A DNA stretch of 64,000 bases. It comes from Octopus bimaculoides (lineage: Eukaryota). The notes under the pieces were generated by a model. The model was not told the origin of the DNA. It saw only the letters and a program-made list of their open reading frames with translations, and ran no database searches. Positions 41,325 to 53,444 of this stretch are shown here, in pieces. The stretch is from the NCBI RefSeq assembly GCF_001194135.2, contig NC_068994.1:1582444-1646443 (forward strand), read 5' to 3'. The stretch's first letter is position 1. Every line of letters begins with the position of its first letter. A program made the translations under genes and the position numbers.

Positions 41325-41640
41325 TCTGTTGGTCAGGACGACAACGGTTCCAGTGGATCCGATCAATGGAACAGCCCACTCATGAAATTAACATGCAAGT
41401 GGCTGAGCACTCCATGGACATCCGTAACCTTAACGTAGTTCTCAGGGAGATTTGGCATGACACAGAATGGGACAAGGCTGGCCCCACTGAATTACAGGTA
41501 CAATGCATTTTGCCAACTGAGTGGATTAGAGCAACATGTAATTAAGTGTCTTGCTCAAGGATGCATCACACTGCTGGGAATTTGACTCCCAACATCACGC
41601 CTGTGAGGTAAATACCTAAACCCCTAGGCCTCATGCCTTC
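41325..41640 (-). mobile_element. SINE family E copy
   Basis: Reverse complement of 56335-56645: GGATCCGATCAATGGAACAGC, GCAAGTGGCTGAGCACTCC, CTTAACGTAGTTCTCAGGGAGATT, GTGTCTTGCTCAAGG. Confidence 0.8.
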
Positions 41641-42423
41641 ACACTGACTTCATATTTGGGATAAAGTGACATAACACCTGGCTAGAGAAGCTGGTCGGGG
41701 TCTTCCACTATAAAATGACATCTCTGTAATATATGAATCTACAGAAATGTTTTCTACACCATAGACTTCATGGCACCACACAACATCACACTACAATGTG
41801 GCTCTGGGCAAAGAGAAACAACAGAAGGGGCTGAAAACGAAATGCTGCTACTAAACAGAAAACAGTTGCAGAAAAACCCAGTTTGAAACAGATCCACAGT
41901 GCAAGATCTTTTGGTTACCCAACAACCTGAACAAATGATCTGTTTATAAGGACCAAATGTATGTGCTGTACATTAGCTAACTCCCTCTATCAAATCGACA
42001 TGAGCTGTACAGGTGGATGGTGTGCCACATGTCAGGTGTCAAAGTGACTGTGGAGAGCAACATGAGATGAAGTAATTTGCTCAAGAACACAGCACATCAG
42101 TCAGTCCAAGAACTGAAACCTTCATCTTATAATTATGAACACAACACTTTAACCACCAGGCCATGCACCTACACCAGGTATTGTGCTATGCTGTATACCT
42201 TTCCTCATTACATTACGCCAATGCAACACTGCATGGGATGATTTCTTCGTTGAAGTAATCATTTTTGAAGTTCGTTAACTCCACCTTCCTACCTGTAACC
42301 ACTGAACCATGAAATAGGGAGTGTTTCAAACAAGTTCCACCACTCCCTGCTTCATGGTTTAGTCAACCAAAATGGGGTCAGGCAATAACATGTGATTGGA
42401 TCAGGGACGACACAGGACAATAT

Positions 42424-42635
42424 TTAACCCTTTAGCATTATCCAGCTATATTCAACCCAAATATTCTACCAGTTTTATGTTCAAACTGGTCAGATCTAAC
42501 CTCTCACACCTACCCTACAATGTCATTCTAAAAATAAGCAATCACATCATTGAAACCTCCATACTACAAGACAATGCATGATCACTTCGAATCAGTGTGA
42601 ATAAATAAGCATTAAATTTGACTGAGAAATCCGAA
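42424..42635 (+). mobile_element. Possible piggyBac-type MITE, right end missing
   Basis: Begins TTAA|CCCTTTAGCATT, the TTAA target plus CCC terminus typical of piggyBac. The body resembles a short octopus repeat I recall; no right TIR is visible because mariner sequence follows. Confidence 0.4.
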
Positions 42636-42649
42636 CCCACTTCTGCAGA

Positions 42650-42795
42650 TTCCATAGCCCCAGCTTTCGTCACCAGTGAGGACCTTCAAAAATCGGTCTG
42701 GATCGGTCTCTAACTGCTCTTCCAGTTCACGATATGCATTCAGTCACAACTGCCTTTGATCTTCCGTGAGCAAACAAGGCACAAATTTTGCTTCA
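42650..42795 (-). mobile_element. Mariner transposase internal fragment
   Basis: Minus-strand translation AKFVPCLLTEDQRQL*LNAYRELEEQLETDPDRFLKVLTGDESWGYG contains the mariner (W/F)VPxxL and TGDESW (first catalytic D) motifs. Confidence 0.85.
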
Positions 42796-43021
42796 GGACA
42801 CACCAACTTGAAACGGTCGACGGCATTTGTTTCAGAAAATGGAGATTTGTTAACTTTTATTAAAAGTCCCTCTATCTATTGGAACCTCAGGTTTTAGTCA
42901 CAGAGTCCATTTTGGTAAAGACCGACCTACTAACTCTGAATGTCAACCCACCAGGTTGACAAAACCCACAGCCTCAAGAATTCACACCAAAACTCATGAA
43001 GGATTTTTTTTCTGCGTACTT

Positions 43022-43501
43022 ATTCTTTTATTCTTTTACTTGTTTCAGTCATTTGACTGCGGCCATGCTGGAGCACCGCCTTTAGTCAAACAACTCAACC
43101 CCAGGACTTATTCTTTGTAAGCCGAGTAGTTATTCTATTGGTCTCTTTTGCCGAACCGCTAAGTTATGGGGACGTAAACACACCAGCATCCATTGTCAAG
43201 CGATGGTGGGGGGGACAAACACAGACACACACCAGACCAGACTGGAGCCTGGTGCAGCCTCCTGGCTTCCCAGACCCCAGTCGAACCATCCGACCCATGC
43301 CAGCATGGAAAACGGACGTTAAACGATGATGATGATATATATGACAGGCTTCTTTCAGTTTCTGTGTTCCAAATTCACTCATAATGCTTTGGTCGGTCTG
43401 AGGCTATAGTAGAAGATACTTGCCCAAGGTGCCACGTAGTGAGACTGAACCCAGAACCATGTGGTTGATAAGCAAGCTACTTACGACACAGCCACGCCTG
43501 C
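43022..43501 (-). mobile_element. Full-length SINE family A with a nested family B fragment
   Basis: Tail TCTTTTACTTGTTTCAGTCATTTGACTGCGGCCATGCTGGAGCACCGCC; middle GCCGAACCGCTAAGTTATGGGGACGTAAAC; head CCCAAGGTGCC...GAACCCAGAACC...ACAGCCACGCCTGC. Family B insert at ~43232-43335. Confidence 0.9.
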
Positions 43502-44572
43502 GTGATGTGATGAGCTTCATGCATTACCCATCTCCATTGATATTACAGGTGTTCCTGAGAGACAACACAGTTTATATAGACTGCAAAATATATAAAGAAT
43601 ATATGTGTATGTATGAATATTTAAGTTTGTGTTTGGTGATATGTGGATGTGAATGTATATATGTATTTGTATGTGTGTGAGTATGGAGCAGTAATAGCTC
43701 TCACACTCAAGTTGGCTGGGTTGGGACCTTGTCAAACCATCCAACACATGCCAGCATGGAAAAACATGTTAAATGATGACGATGAAGGTGATGATGACGA
43801 TACATAGATATAAGATATGCGTACAAACACACAACCACACGTGTGTGAGAGTATGTGTGCGTGTGTTTGTGTATGTATGTATGTGTGTGCACATATGTAT
43901 GCATTTGCCTGCATTGATGTATGCGTATATATGTGCCTGCATAATGTATGTACATATGTATGCACCTGATGTTGTTTTCTAAACAGGTTTCTTCACTGTG
44001 CCTCCCCATCATCTTCCTTTTCGTCTTCCTCCTCCTCCCCCCTACCTCTTCAAACCACCTTTTTCATTCCTTCTGCCCAGCTGCACCCCCCCCTCTTTTC
44101 ATCATTAAAATGTGAGGCTGGCTGGCTGGCTGGCTGGCTGCTTGGCCGGCTGCTATTGTGGCAGCAGCAGTAGCAGTAGTAGTAGTAGTAGTAATTGTTG
44201 TTGCTGCTGTTGTGGTTTAATCGATAAAGAAGTAACCTATATTCTGGATTCGGTTTCATTGCTGGTGGTGGTGGTGGTGGTGGCGATGGTTGTGGTCTTG
44301 ATAATGGTGATGACTTTGCTGCTGATGAAGGTGTCGGTGATGTTTGTGGTGACGGTGTAGGTGTTGATGCTGATGAGAACGGGTTGTGCTGCTGTGAGAT
44401 CTTTGAAGCACAACAACAGTAATGAACCGTTTTGTTATCTGGGTTACAGCACCACCCTTCTCTCCACCCCTCACCCTTTCTCTTCATATTTTTCTTTCTC
44501 GTTTTACACTCATTACAAATATATGCAGATGTGTGTGTCTGTCTGTCTCTCTGTTTCTTACTCTTCATCAAC

Positions 44573-44604
<32 letters not shown>

Positions 44605-45251
44605 GTCTGTCTGTTTGTCTACCTATCTACCTCTTTCTTTCTCGCTATCTGTCAATCTTCTGTTTCTCTCCCTCTGCATATATATATATATATATATGAT
44701 ATATCATTGTGTCAGTTTGTCTGACTATCTGTTGCACACAACCTCCTCCCCACTTTCTCACCCCCTCTCTCACCCCACTGCCACCACCACCATCAAATGC
44801 TCCCACCAGTGAATTATTTATTAAATTCAATACCAAAAAAAAAAAAAGACTCCCCCACCTCCACCCCGCATCTGGAATGTGGTACTGCTTCTTCTGGTCG
44901 TTACAGACCCTCATTGTATGTGTAAACTAAGCGAAATTTATTCCTTCCTTGTTTCTTCAGTTTCCAACACTTGCAATTATTTCAGGGATCCTAAAAAGGG
45001 GCACCTGTTATGGGGTCTCAGAACTGTTGCTACAATACACACACACACGCACACACATGAACACAACAAACACACAAGCACACAGGCAGACATGCATGTT
45101 GTAGAAGGCATCTGAACACTGCTGCTACAATTCATAATTATGTTCTAGAACACATCTAAACATGTCCACTGGACAGACATGAATAGAGACACTCTTGGAT
45201 GCATATTAAACACTAACACAACACACACACACATTGTAGAACACACCTAAA

Positions 45252-45283
<32 letters not shown>

Positions 45284-45984
45284 TCATTATTACTACACAA
45301 ACCACTTAGAAAACACCAAAATACATCCTAAAGCAATGAAGCTCGTTTTTAGATATAAATACAAAGAAGAAAAGATGCATTTCCCTTAACATTTTAAAAC
45401 TGTCCCTGGCTGGTGTGGTTAATATGGCTGATGTTCAATTGAAATATCAGGAGATTAACATGAGGAGGTAACCCATTGGCAGAGTGGGGGTGGGGGTGGT
45501 GTGTGGGAAGAACCCTTAGCTATGGAGGAGAATGATTAGGGAAAGTGTTATGAACAGATACTGATCCTCCTGACAGGTGCAAAAGAGAGTATATATGTGT
45601 GTGTGTGTGTGTACATATATATATATATATATATACACGCGTGTGTGTATGTGTGTATGTCTGTGTGTGCTTACATGAATGCTCATATACATACCTGAAG
45701 GGGAATATAAGCATTCACACATATACACTCACTTACAAATATGATAAAGCTTAAGTAGATTGTGACTTTAAGGGCAAAATATAATAAAGCTGAACACTAA
45801 TAATATCACACAAATATAATTAGGAAAATTATGTGGTTTAAACCACCTTTCAGTTTAAATGTTGTTTTGAATATAACAAAATAATATCTTGGTTTCATGT
45901 GTGTTTTCTTAGCACACAAATTTCCTCAAACACTTCAATAAAAATGCAGTAAAAGCTAGTTATTGTAACGGTGAACATTGTTAT

Positions 45985-46245
45985 TCCTTGTAAGCCTAGT
46001 ACTTATTTTATTGGTCTCTTTTTGCCCAACCGCTAAGTTGTAAAGCGATGATGTGGGGACAAACACATATATATACATATATACATGACGGGCTTCTTTC
46101 AGTTTCCGTCTACCAAATCCACTCACAAGGCTTTAGTTGACCCAAGGCTATAGTAGAAGACACTTGCCCAAGGTGCCACACAGTGGGACTGAACCCGGAA
46201 CCATGTGGTTGGTAAGCAAGCTACTTACCACTCAGCCACTCCTGC
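45985..46245 (-). mobile_element. SINE family A copy
   Basis: GGGCTTCTTTCAGTTTCCGTCTACCAAATCCACTCACAAGGC...CCCAAGGTGCCACACAGTGGGACTGAACCCGGAACC...CAGCCACTCCTGC. Confidence 0.9.
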
Positions 46246-46284
46246 ACCTATTTAGTTTAGTATTTATAAAAAAATATATCACTA

Positions 46285-46550
46285 TAACACCAAACTCACC
46301 AAAGCCTTGTAAGTGGATTTGGTGGAGAGAAACTGAAAGAAGCCCAGCATGTGTGTGTCTGTGTGTATTTGTGTGCGTGTTTGTTGCCCACCACTGCATG
46401 ATGACTGGTGTTGGTGTGTTTGCATTCATGTAACTTAGTGGTTCAGCAAAATAAATTAATAAAATAAAGGGTGAGTCACTTGACTAAAATTCTTCAAGGC
46501 AGTGCCCCAGCATGGCCACAGTCTAATGATTGAAAAAAGCTAAAGATAAA
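46285..46550 (+). mobile_element. SINE family A 3' part, opposite orientation to its neighbour
   Basis: CCAAAGCCTTGTAAGTGGATTTGG...GAAACTGAAAGAAGCCC...GCAGTGCCCCAGCATGGCCACAGTC. Confidence 0.8.
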
Positions 46551-47060
46551 ACAAACATAAGCATATATTAACATATATTAACATATATTAACTTGTATTT
46601 ATTAATACACACAAGTTTAGGTAAATTGATGGAGTCATTAGATATTTGTTGCAACACTCAATGCTCAAAGTTCAAATTCCAATGAGTTCGACTTTGTTTT
46701 CCATTTTCCTCAGGGTCAATAAACATAGCAGCAATTCTGTGTAGCTGATTGGCAGAATTGTGAGAAGATTGCATAGCAATGCATTGCAGCAACAGTTACA
46801 TCTCATTGCACCTTAAGTGCAAATCTCCCACCATATTGATGTCCCGTCAATAGCAAGGTTATTGTAAAGCTCTGCCAGTGAGTTCAATGCAAGAAAGAAA
46901 CTGGCTTTGACACTCCACTGAACACACAAACACTAATACAGGGTGATTCCATAAAATCCCTATCTTCCTGGAAGGGGTGGAGCAAGAGTTTCATAGGTTA
47001 ATATATATATATATATATATATAAAATATACAAGAAATGAGGGCAGGGAANNNNNNNNNN

Positions 47061-47094
<34 letters not shown>

Positions 47095-47828
47095 TACGTA
47101 TAATATATTTACATCAATGTAGAAGTTATTCATTTATTAATATATTTTATGTGCATTATACATATGCATTTAATATATGTTACTCATGTATTCATATGTT
47201 ATATATGTGTATGTATACACACACACACACACACACACATGTATATGTGTGCATTTAATATACAAGTCACTTATTTAATATACACTGTATAGAATAGGTT
47301 TTCATTTTTTTTAGACATTTTCCTAACTTTTGAATTTTTTCTATTCCTTTCCGTTCCATTTTCTTCTAATTTCCATTCTGCATCGACGGATTCATGGTTG
47401 TTTGTATGTGAGGGGGTGGGAGGTTTATATGAGCAAGTGTGTAGACATTCTGTGATAGATAGGTAACAGTGAATGCTGGATGTAAACAGACTGGCAGGGA
47501 GATAGATAGACAGACAGCCAGATGAATAGAAAGAGGACGGACAGACAGACAGACATGGATAGATAGAGAAAGATAAGAGAGATACAGATAGATAGATAGA
47601 GATATCTGTTTGTTTGTCTTGATGCATATTTAACAAACATTTAATTGCTGCATATATATTAATCTATACAAGAAACATAAAAAGATTTTGGACCAAATTA
47701 GTTCCATCTTTATGGAATGTTCAGTAGGGACAAATTGATAATTGATACTGAACAACATAATTATTCAGTATTTAAGATTTCCAAAAAAAGTTTGATTTGA
47801 ACGTGATTTGCTATAATAGAAATTTCAG

Positions 47829-47924
47829 TCTGTTCTGAAAGTGTAAATTCTGATGGTGTCATTAAAGAAGAATTACCATTACTAGAAGACTGCTATGATG
47901 TCATAAGATTCCCAGAATGGCAGA
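47829..47924 (+). CDS. Candidate internal exon (96 nt, phase 1 to 1), unvalidated
   Basis: aaatttcag|TCTGTTCT...TGGCAGA|gtatgt gives xCSESVNSDGVIKEELPLLEDCYDVIRFPEWQ; all three minus frames have stops. No homology recognised. Confidence 0.25.
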
Positions 47925-48299
47925 GTATGTACACGTGGAAGAACAGCACTATATCAACTTGTATTTAATGCATACATATAAATTTGTATACATCTGAGAG
48001 AATTTAATTGATTTCATTAAAGTATACAAACATACAGACTGGCAGACATACATATACACACATGGAGGTGGCTGAAGACTTGCCAGCGTGCCAAAGGTTC
48101 TTCCCCCATAACAGTTGCAAAGTAACCAAATATTACCATCAGTGAGGGGGCACAGTGTGCAATAATGCCATTTCATGAAAAAAGCCCTGAAATGGCATGC
48201 ATTCTCTCCTGATGACCCTTAAGCCTGTTAGTGTCTGGAATGCAGAGTAATTGTATCTGCAAGCTGTTTGCAAATAATAATAATAATGATGAAAAATTC

Positions 48300-48387
<88 letters not shown>

Positions 48388-48421
48388 AGAAAGTTGGTAT
48401 GTGAAAGCACGTGGTTGGATG

Positions 48422-48574
48422 TATAAAAGATAAACAAGAGTGAAAAAACTACAGAAGGCTTGTGTTACATGGTTAAAGTATATATTTATATTTAAATTGT
48501 ATATAACATAACAATTTAAATATATACTTTTACCAAACCTTCTGTAGTTTTTTCACTCTTGTTTATCTTTTATA
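48422..48574. repeat. Fold-back: 37-bp perfect inverted arms plus imperfect inner arms
   Basis: TATAAAAGATAAACAAGAGTGAAAAAACTACAGAAGG (48422-48458) is the exact reverse complement of 48538-48574. Inner GGTTAAAGTATATATTT...AAATTGT pairs with ACAATTTAAATATATACTTTTACC. Confidence 0.9.
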
Positions 48575-48585
48575 TATATATATAT

Positions 48586-48774
48586 GATTGACCATTGACT
48601 GAACACTATTCAATTTTTTTTCTCCGTGTTTTTCTCCTTGTCTCCGTATTCTTTCTGTTGAAGAGCGTAGCTCGAAACGTCAAAGACTTTCCGTATTCCC
48701 GAGCGTCATACTAATATATACTTTTGTTATTTACACCACCTGTCCTCGTCTGTTGTTATTTTTTGTATATTCTC

Positions 48775-48777
<3 letters not shown>
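48586..48777 (+). mobile_element. Penelope-like element terminal repeat (pLTR-type) fragment inserted in (TA)n
   Basis: About 190 bp bounded by (TA)n on both sides; carries the TGAAGA...CGAAACGT signature typical of PLE termini, which here folds as a minimal hammerhead. Confidence 0.6.
48650..48686 (+). ncRNA. Minimal type-I hammerhead ribozyme-like motif (variant core)
   Basis: TCTTT (stem I, 48650-54), CTGTTGA (core, CUGANGA with A6>U), extra A, GAGC GTA GCTC (stem II), GAAA CGTC (palindromic ACGU stem III, GUC cleavage triplet ending at C48681), AAAGA (stem I partner, 48682-86). Confidence 0.6.
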
Positions 48778-48813
<36 letters not shown>

Positions 48814-49059
48814 GACAAATGTAGATAGATACATGTATATATATATGTATATATACCCATATAGACAGATGTAGATAGATACATGTATATATATATATAT
48901 GTATACATAAACACATACACCATCATACATATAAAGGTTCACACATGCTACATATACTAAAGAGCCATGCACTCAATATAAGGAATATAGAGTTTATATA
49001 TATTAACATTTCTAGAAAACTTGCTGATCCATTGTTAGCTGAAATCTCAAAATATCCAG

Positions 49060-49280
49060 CTGTCAGGTCAAACATTTATTACCAAACATTTGGACTTACT
49101 CCCCACCTTCAAATAAATTGATGTATTTTGAGCACAAAAATGTTCCATGGTGGTTTCAATGCACCAAGGAGAGAAGCAAAGAGAACTTCCTTCTTATGCA
49201 CAAAATACATCAATTTAGCTGATGCTGAGCAGGTATTAAGATGTCACCCAGTATCTGATAATATATGTTTGACCTGACAG
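49060..49280. repeat. Nested inverted repeats (MITE-like fold-back)
   Basis: Outer CTGTCAGGTCAAACAT (49060-75) pairs perfectly with ATGTTTGACCTGACAG (49265-80). Inner 49115-49134 pairs with 49197-49216 at 19/20 nt. Confidence 0.8.
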
Positions 49281-50996
49281 GCAGGGTTTGTTTACATAAC
49301 ATAACTGCACGCGCACACACACACACACAGTGAATACATTTGAATATAATTAGCATATATTAAAATCTCATATGAAATATGTCTAAGTTTTAATCTCAAA
49401 GCATTAATCGCAACACATTCAGTATTTTATAGATACATATATACACACACAACATATATAAATATTCTACAAACATGCAGATGTGATAAAATTATGAAGT
49501 TATAAATACCTGTAGAGGTGTTAGCTTGCTTCTCTTTCATCTTCACACATATACATACGCATTATGTATATATATACTTATACACATAAATGTATATATG
49601 TATGTGAGCATGTCTGGTCGTAGGTGAAGTTGATGGTTCTTTGTTGCATCATCAAAGATAGATAAGATTTCATAATGATGATGATGATGATGATAATGAT
49701 GTCAACAATGATGATGAGGAGGAGTAGGAAGGGTGTGTGAAGCCAGTATCAAATCATAAAATTCTGCTCAAACTCAAAATATGAGCAATGTTTATATAAT
49801 GTACGTGTTGGGGGGCGGGTCACTGTTTCACTGTCCACCACCACCACCACCACTGTAATTTACATGTGAGGTAACTGCCATAATAAATACATTTGATCGT
49901 ACTGACCATTATTGTTGTTCCCATGTCAACTATGATACAGTATGTCTATGGTCAAAGACAATCCACTTGTAACCATCCTGTCTTCTATTCAGTTAATCAA
50001 GTGTTGATGATAACTCAATTCTTTTCAAACTTTCTAATCTTGCAACAACACTTCCTTACCATCACCACCAGTGACTCCCTCCTCTTCCTCCCCCTCCTTC
50101 TCCTCAACATCATCATCATGGTTATGTTTTTGTTATTTTTGTATTATTTACAACATTGAGTTTTTCTTTTGTGATACAAGAGTCCAAGTTGTGGTGGCCA
50201 TATGCTTCAACACATTTTATTTGGTTCTTCTTATTGTTGTTGCTGCCGTTGTTGTACCATCCTTTGCAATATTTTTCTTTCTTCTTTTTATTTTTATATC
50301 TTTCTATATCTCTCATTGTTGTTAGTATATTCCATTCATGGCCATCTCTTCTCAATCGTTAAACTGTAATTAATTCCACTGGGGTTGGCTTTATATTCTG
50401 TCCTTACTGTGGTTAACAAAATAGGTACCAGATATATTTTGGGGTCAACATAGACTTCCACTACATCCGAAGCTGTGGCATTGTGCCAATATTAGAAAAA
50501 AACTTATTATTTTTATTATTATTGTCATTTGTTTTTGTTGTTTCACCCCAGGTCAAGTCTGATTAAGCAATCCAGTAATTACAGGCATTCTAGCCATGAC
50601 CAACTCATTTATTCAGATAAAGTATATCTAGAACTACATGAAATCAAATTGTTGTTGTTGTTTAATTTTTGGTCAAATTTCACATAGCAGACTTATGAGC
50701 AAAGACATTCTAACTCTGACCACCCCCTCTTGTTTTTTTTTTTCCAGATGTTGCATATTTAATGTGTAAGATATTAGAGTGTGAGTGCGAGTCAAGAGAT
50801 TTTGCTGCTATTTCTAGCTGTTGGCTGTTAGTGAGAAACAACCAAAGTTCATGACATCCTCTAACCACTACAGGTGATGTGTGGTGAACTTCATGCCAGG
50901 CTGAAATCATTTTTTTTTTGTTTTATGTTACTAGTGTTTTTCACTTCTGGAGGCACAGGTTCATATCCAGTTGCAGGTATTGCATAGTGCCCCTGG

Positions 50997-51031
<35 letters not shown>

Positions 51032-51655
51032 GAAAATTAAAAAGAATTGTTGCTATTGTTAATCTTTCTATTTAGTCCCAGGTCAGCTCCAACATCAAAC
51101 TGACCCACGGTGAAAAGCATTCCAAGCATGACCATCCCGTATTCTATTTATTTATATCTCTTGTTTTGGTGAGGGAGGATCTAGGACTACATCATCTAAT
51201 GTGCACTCCTTTTTCTAGAGTGTGTGGAGTTTCATTTGAGGAAGACCTGGCTGTTATTTCTAGTGGATCAAACAATCACATAGAGCTGTCCTCATTGGCT
51301 TGGTGTTCATGGTGTTGATAATGATATTGATGCAATTATGCCAAAGTTCTTTATTAATAATATTATTATTATTATTGTTGTTGTTGTTATTAGCAGCATT
51401 TTAGCTGAGAGAAAAAAATATCTAATGATAATGTTGCTCTGACCAACATCATTGTCGTCGTCCTCCTCACCACCACCACCACCACCACAACCACCATCAC
51501 TATCATCATCATTGTCTACATGTTTGATGCATGCGTGAACTTGAGGTTGTGAGTTGCTCAACAGTGCATGGCAAAGGTGGTGGTGGAGGTGGGGGTGGTA
51601 TAGATAAAGCAGCCAGTGTCCCCTTCCCTGCTCATTCACAGCTGTAAGGGAATGC

Positions 51656-51860
51656 TGTGGGAGAAGGACGTACTCATCACCCAACAACATTATCACTCCG
51701 TTTTCTTCCTCTGTTTAGACGAACTTTCCTACTTTTTCGGACAAAACCTTTTGAATCCTTCGTCCTGTCTTTGTCCTTATATGTCTTTAATTGATATTAG
51801 CCCTTGTGGCCAATAAAACGAATTAATTATTATTATGATTATTATTATTATTACATCTAA
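51656..51860 (+). mobile_element. Probable non-LTR retroelement 3' end
   Basis: Ends CCCTTGTGGCCAATAAAACGAATT followed by an (ATT)n tail; no coding part is visible. Confidence 0.4.
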
Positions 51861-52469
51861 TAATTGTTTTGTCTGTTATAAGAATTCCATGTTATTNNNN
51901 NNNNNNNNNNNNNNNNNNNNNNNNNNNNNNNNNNNNNNNNNNNNNNNNNNNNNNNNNNNNNNNNNNNNNNNNNNNNNNNNNNNNNNNNNNNNNNNNNNNN
52001 NNNNNNNNNNNNNNNNNNNNNTTGTGCTCTCCTGTCATTTCAGTGTTCACAGTAGCAGCAGTTGTTTGTTTGTTTGCTGTTTGTTCATTTGTTCATTTGT
52101 TTGTTGTTGACTCTTGTCCTCATCTGCAGTTGTTTGGTCACAAGTTGCTGGTTGTGTATTTTGATGGAATCAAACTTATTTTTTGGGTGTTCGGGTGGGT
52201 AACTGGAAGAAGAGAGAAGAAAGCCAAGTGTTAATGCCATTCGGATTTAATAGCAATTACAACAACAACAACAACAACAGAAGCAACAACAACAACAACA
52301 ACAACAGCAGCAATTCACCATGTGTGTTGTTCAATATTTATTCCAACACATGTAAGACCCTGGTGACAAGTGATTGTAGGGGGGGTCACCCACGTCTTGG
52401 TCAACCAACAGTCAATTACAAGCTGTGATTTCAACTCAAAGAGCAAAAATATTGGCTGACAAATGGCTT

Positions 52470-52595
52470 TATTTTTCATCTTTTACTTGTTTCAGTCATT
52501 GGACTGTAGCCATGCTGGGGCACTGCCCTGAAGAATTTCAGTCAGATGAACCAACCCAAGCACTTATTTTTCTTTTAAGCCTGGAATTTATCCTA
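52470..52595 (-). mobile_element. SINE family A 3' tail fragment
   Basis: TCTTTTACTTGTTTCAGTCATTGGACTGTAGCCATGCTGGGGCACTGCC. Confidence 0.75.
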
Positions 52596-53444
52596 CCAGT
52601 TGCTTTTAGAAGCGTTTGAGACTTTGACCTCATTTGAAAGAAATTTTTTTTCTCCATAAATTCACTACAAAATACTAAACTTTAATTGGATTCGAATGTT
52701 TGCTTCTATGTTTTATATTCAGCTCTAAACAACTATTTCTATCCCACTTCGCCATTTTCAAAAAGAGGTAAAAATAAAGTAAAAAAATATTTTACAGAAT
52801 ACAGAGAGAGAGAGAGAGAGAGACAAAGAATGATGTGAACCAAGAATTATTGGAAAAAAAAACAAAAAACAAAATAGGATATTGCTAATAACAAAATGTC
52901 ACACCTTGATCTGAATCTGGGACAAAAAAATCAAGACATTCATCCTTATTTCTGACTAAACAGTATGTGACCATTGGACGCTAATAGAACCTAGCTACAA
53001 TGTAGATTATTACTGCATGGCAATAGATATTAGCTTTCTTTTTCAGTGAGGAGACTTAGCTTTGTGCTTAACTAATGTTACTCTACTTCTCATCATCAAA
53101 TGAGACCCACTAGTATATCTAGACTGTGTGCTGCCAGGGGCAGCCCTTCAATTTGCCGCTCCACAAAAAATACAATTTGCTGCTCCCACAAAAAATATAT
53201 ATTGCCTACAGCAGACCCAAAAGTGGTGTTGCCCCCCATACATACAATGAAGATAATAACCGAATCATTTGAAATGCGTTCATCATTCTAGCAGACAGTG
53301 CCATGAAATGACTGTTGCTGTTTTGACATTTATTAGCCAAAGTGAAGATCTTCTCCATAGCAAGTTGCAGTGAAAATGGTTTTTATTACTGGTCAAATGT
53401 GTTCCAAGTATATTTGAACAGATCTAAATGTATATCTTTTATCT

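Noticed and set aside
48205-48235. CTGATGA followed by CCCTTAAG as a second hammerhead
   Set aside because: Stem II does not close and no GAAA follows.
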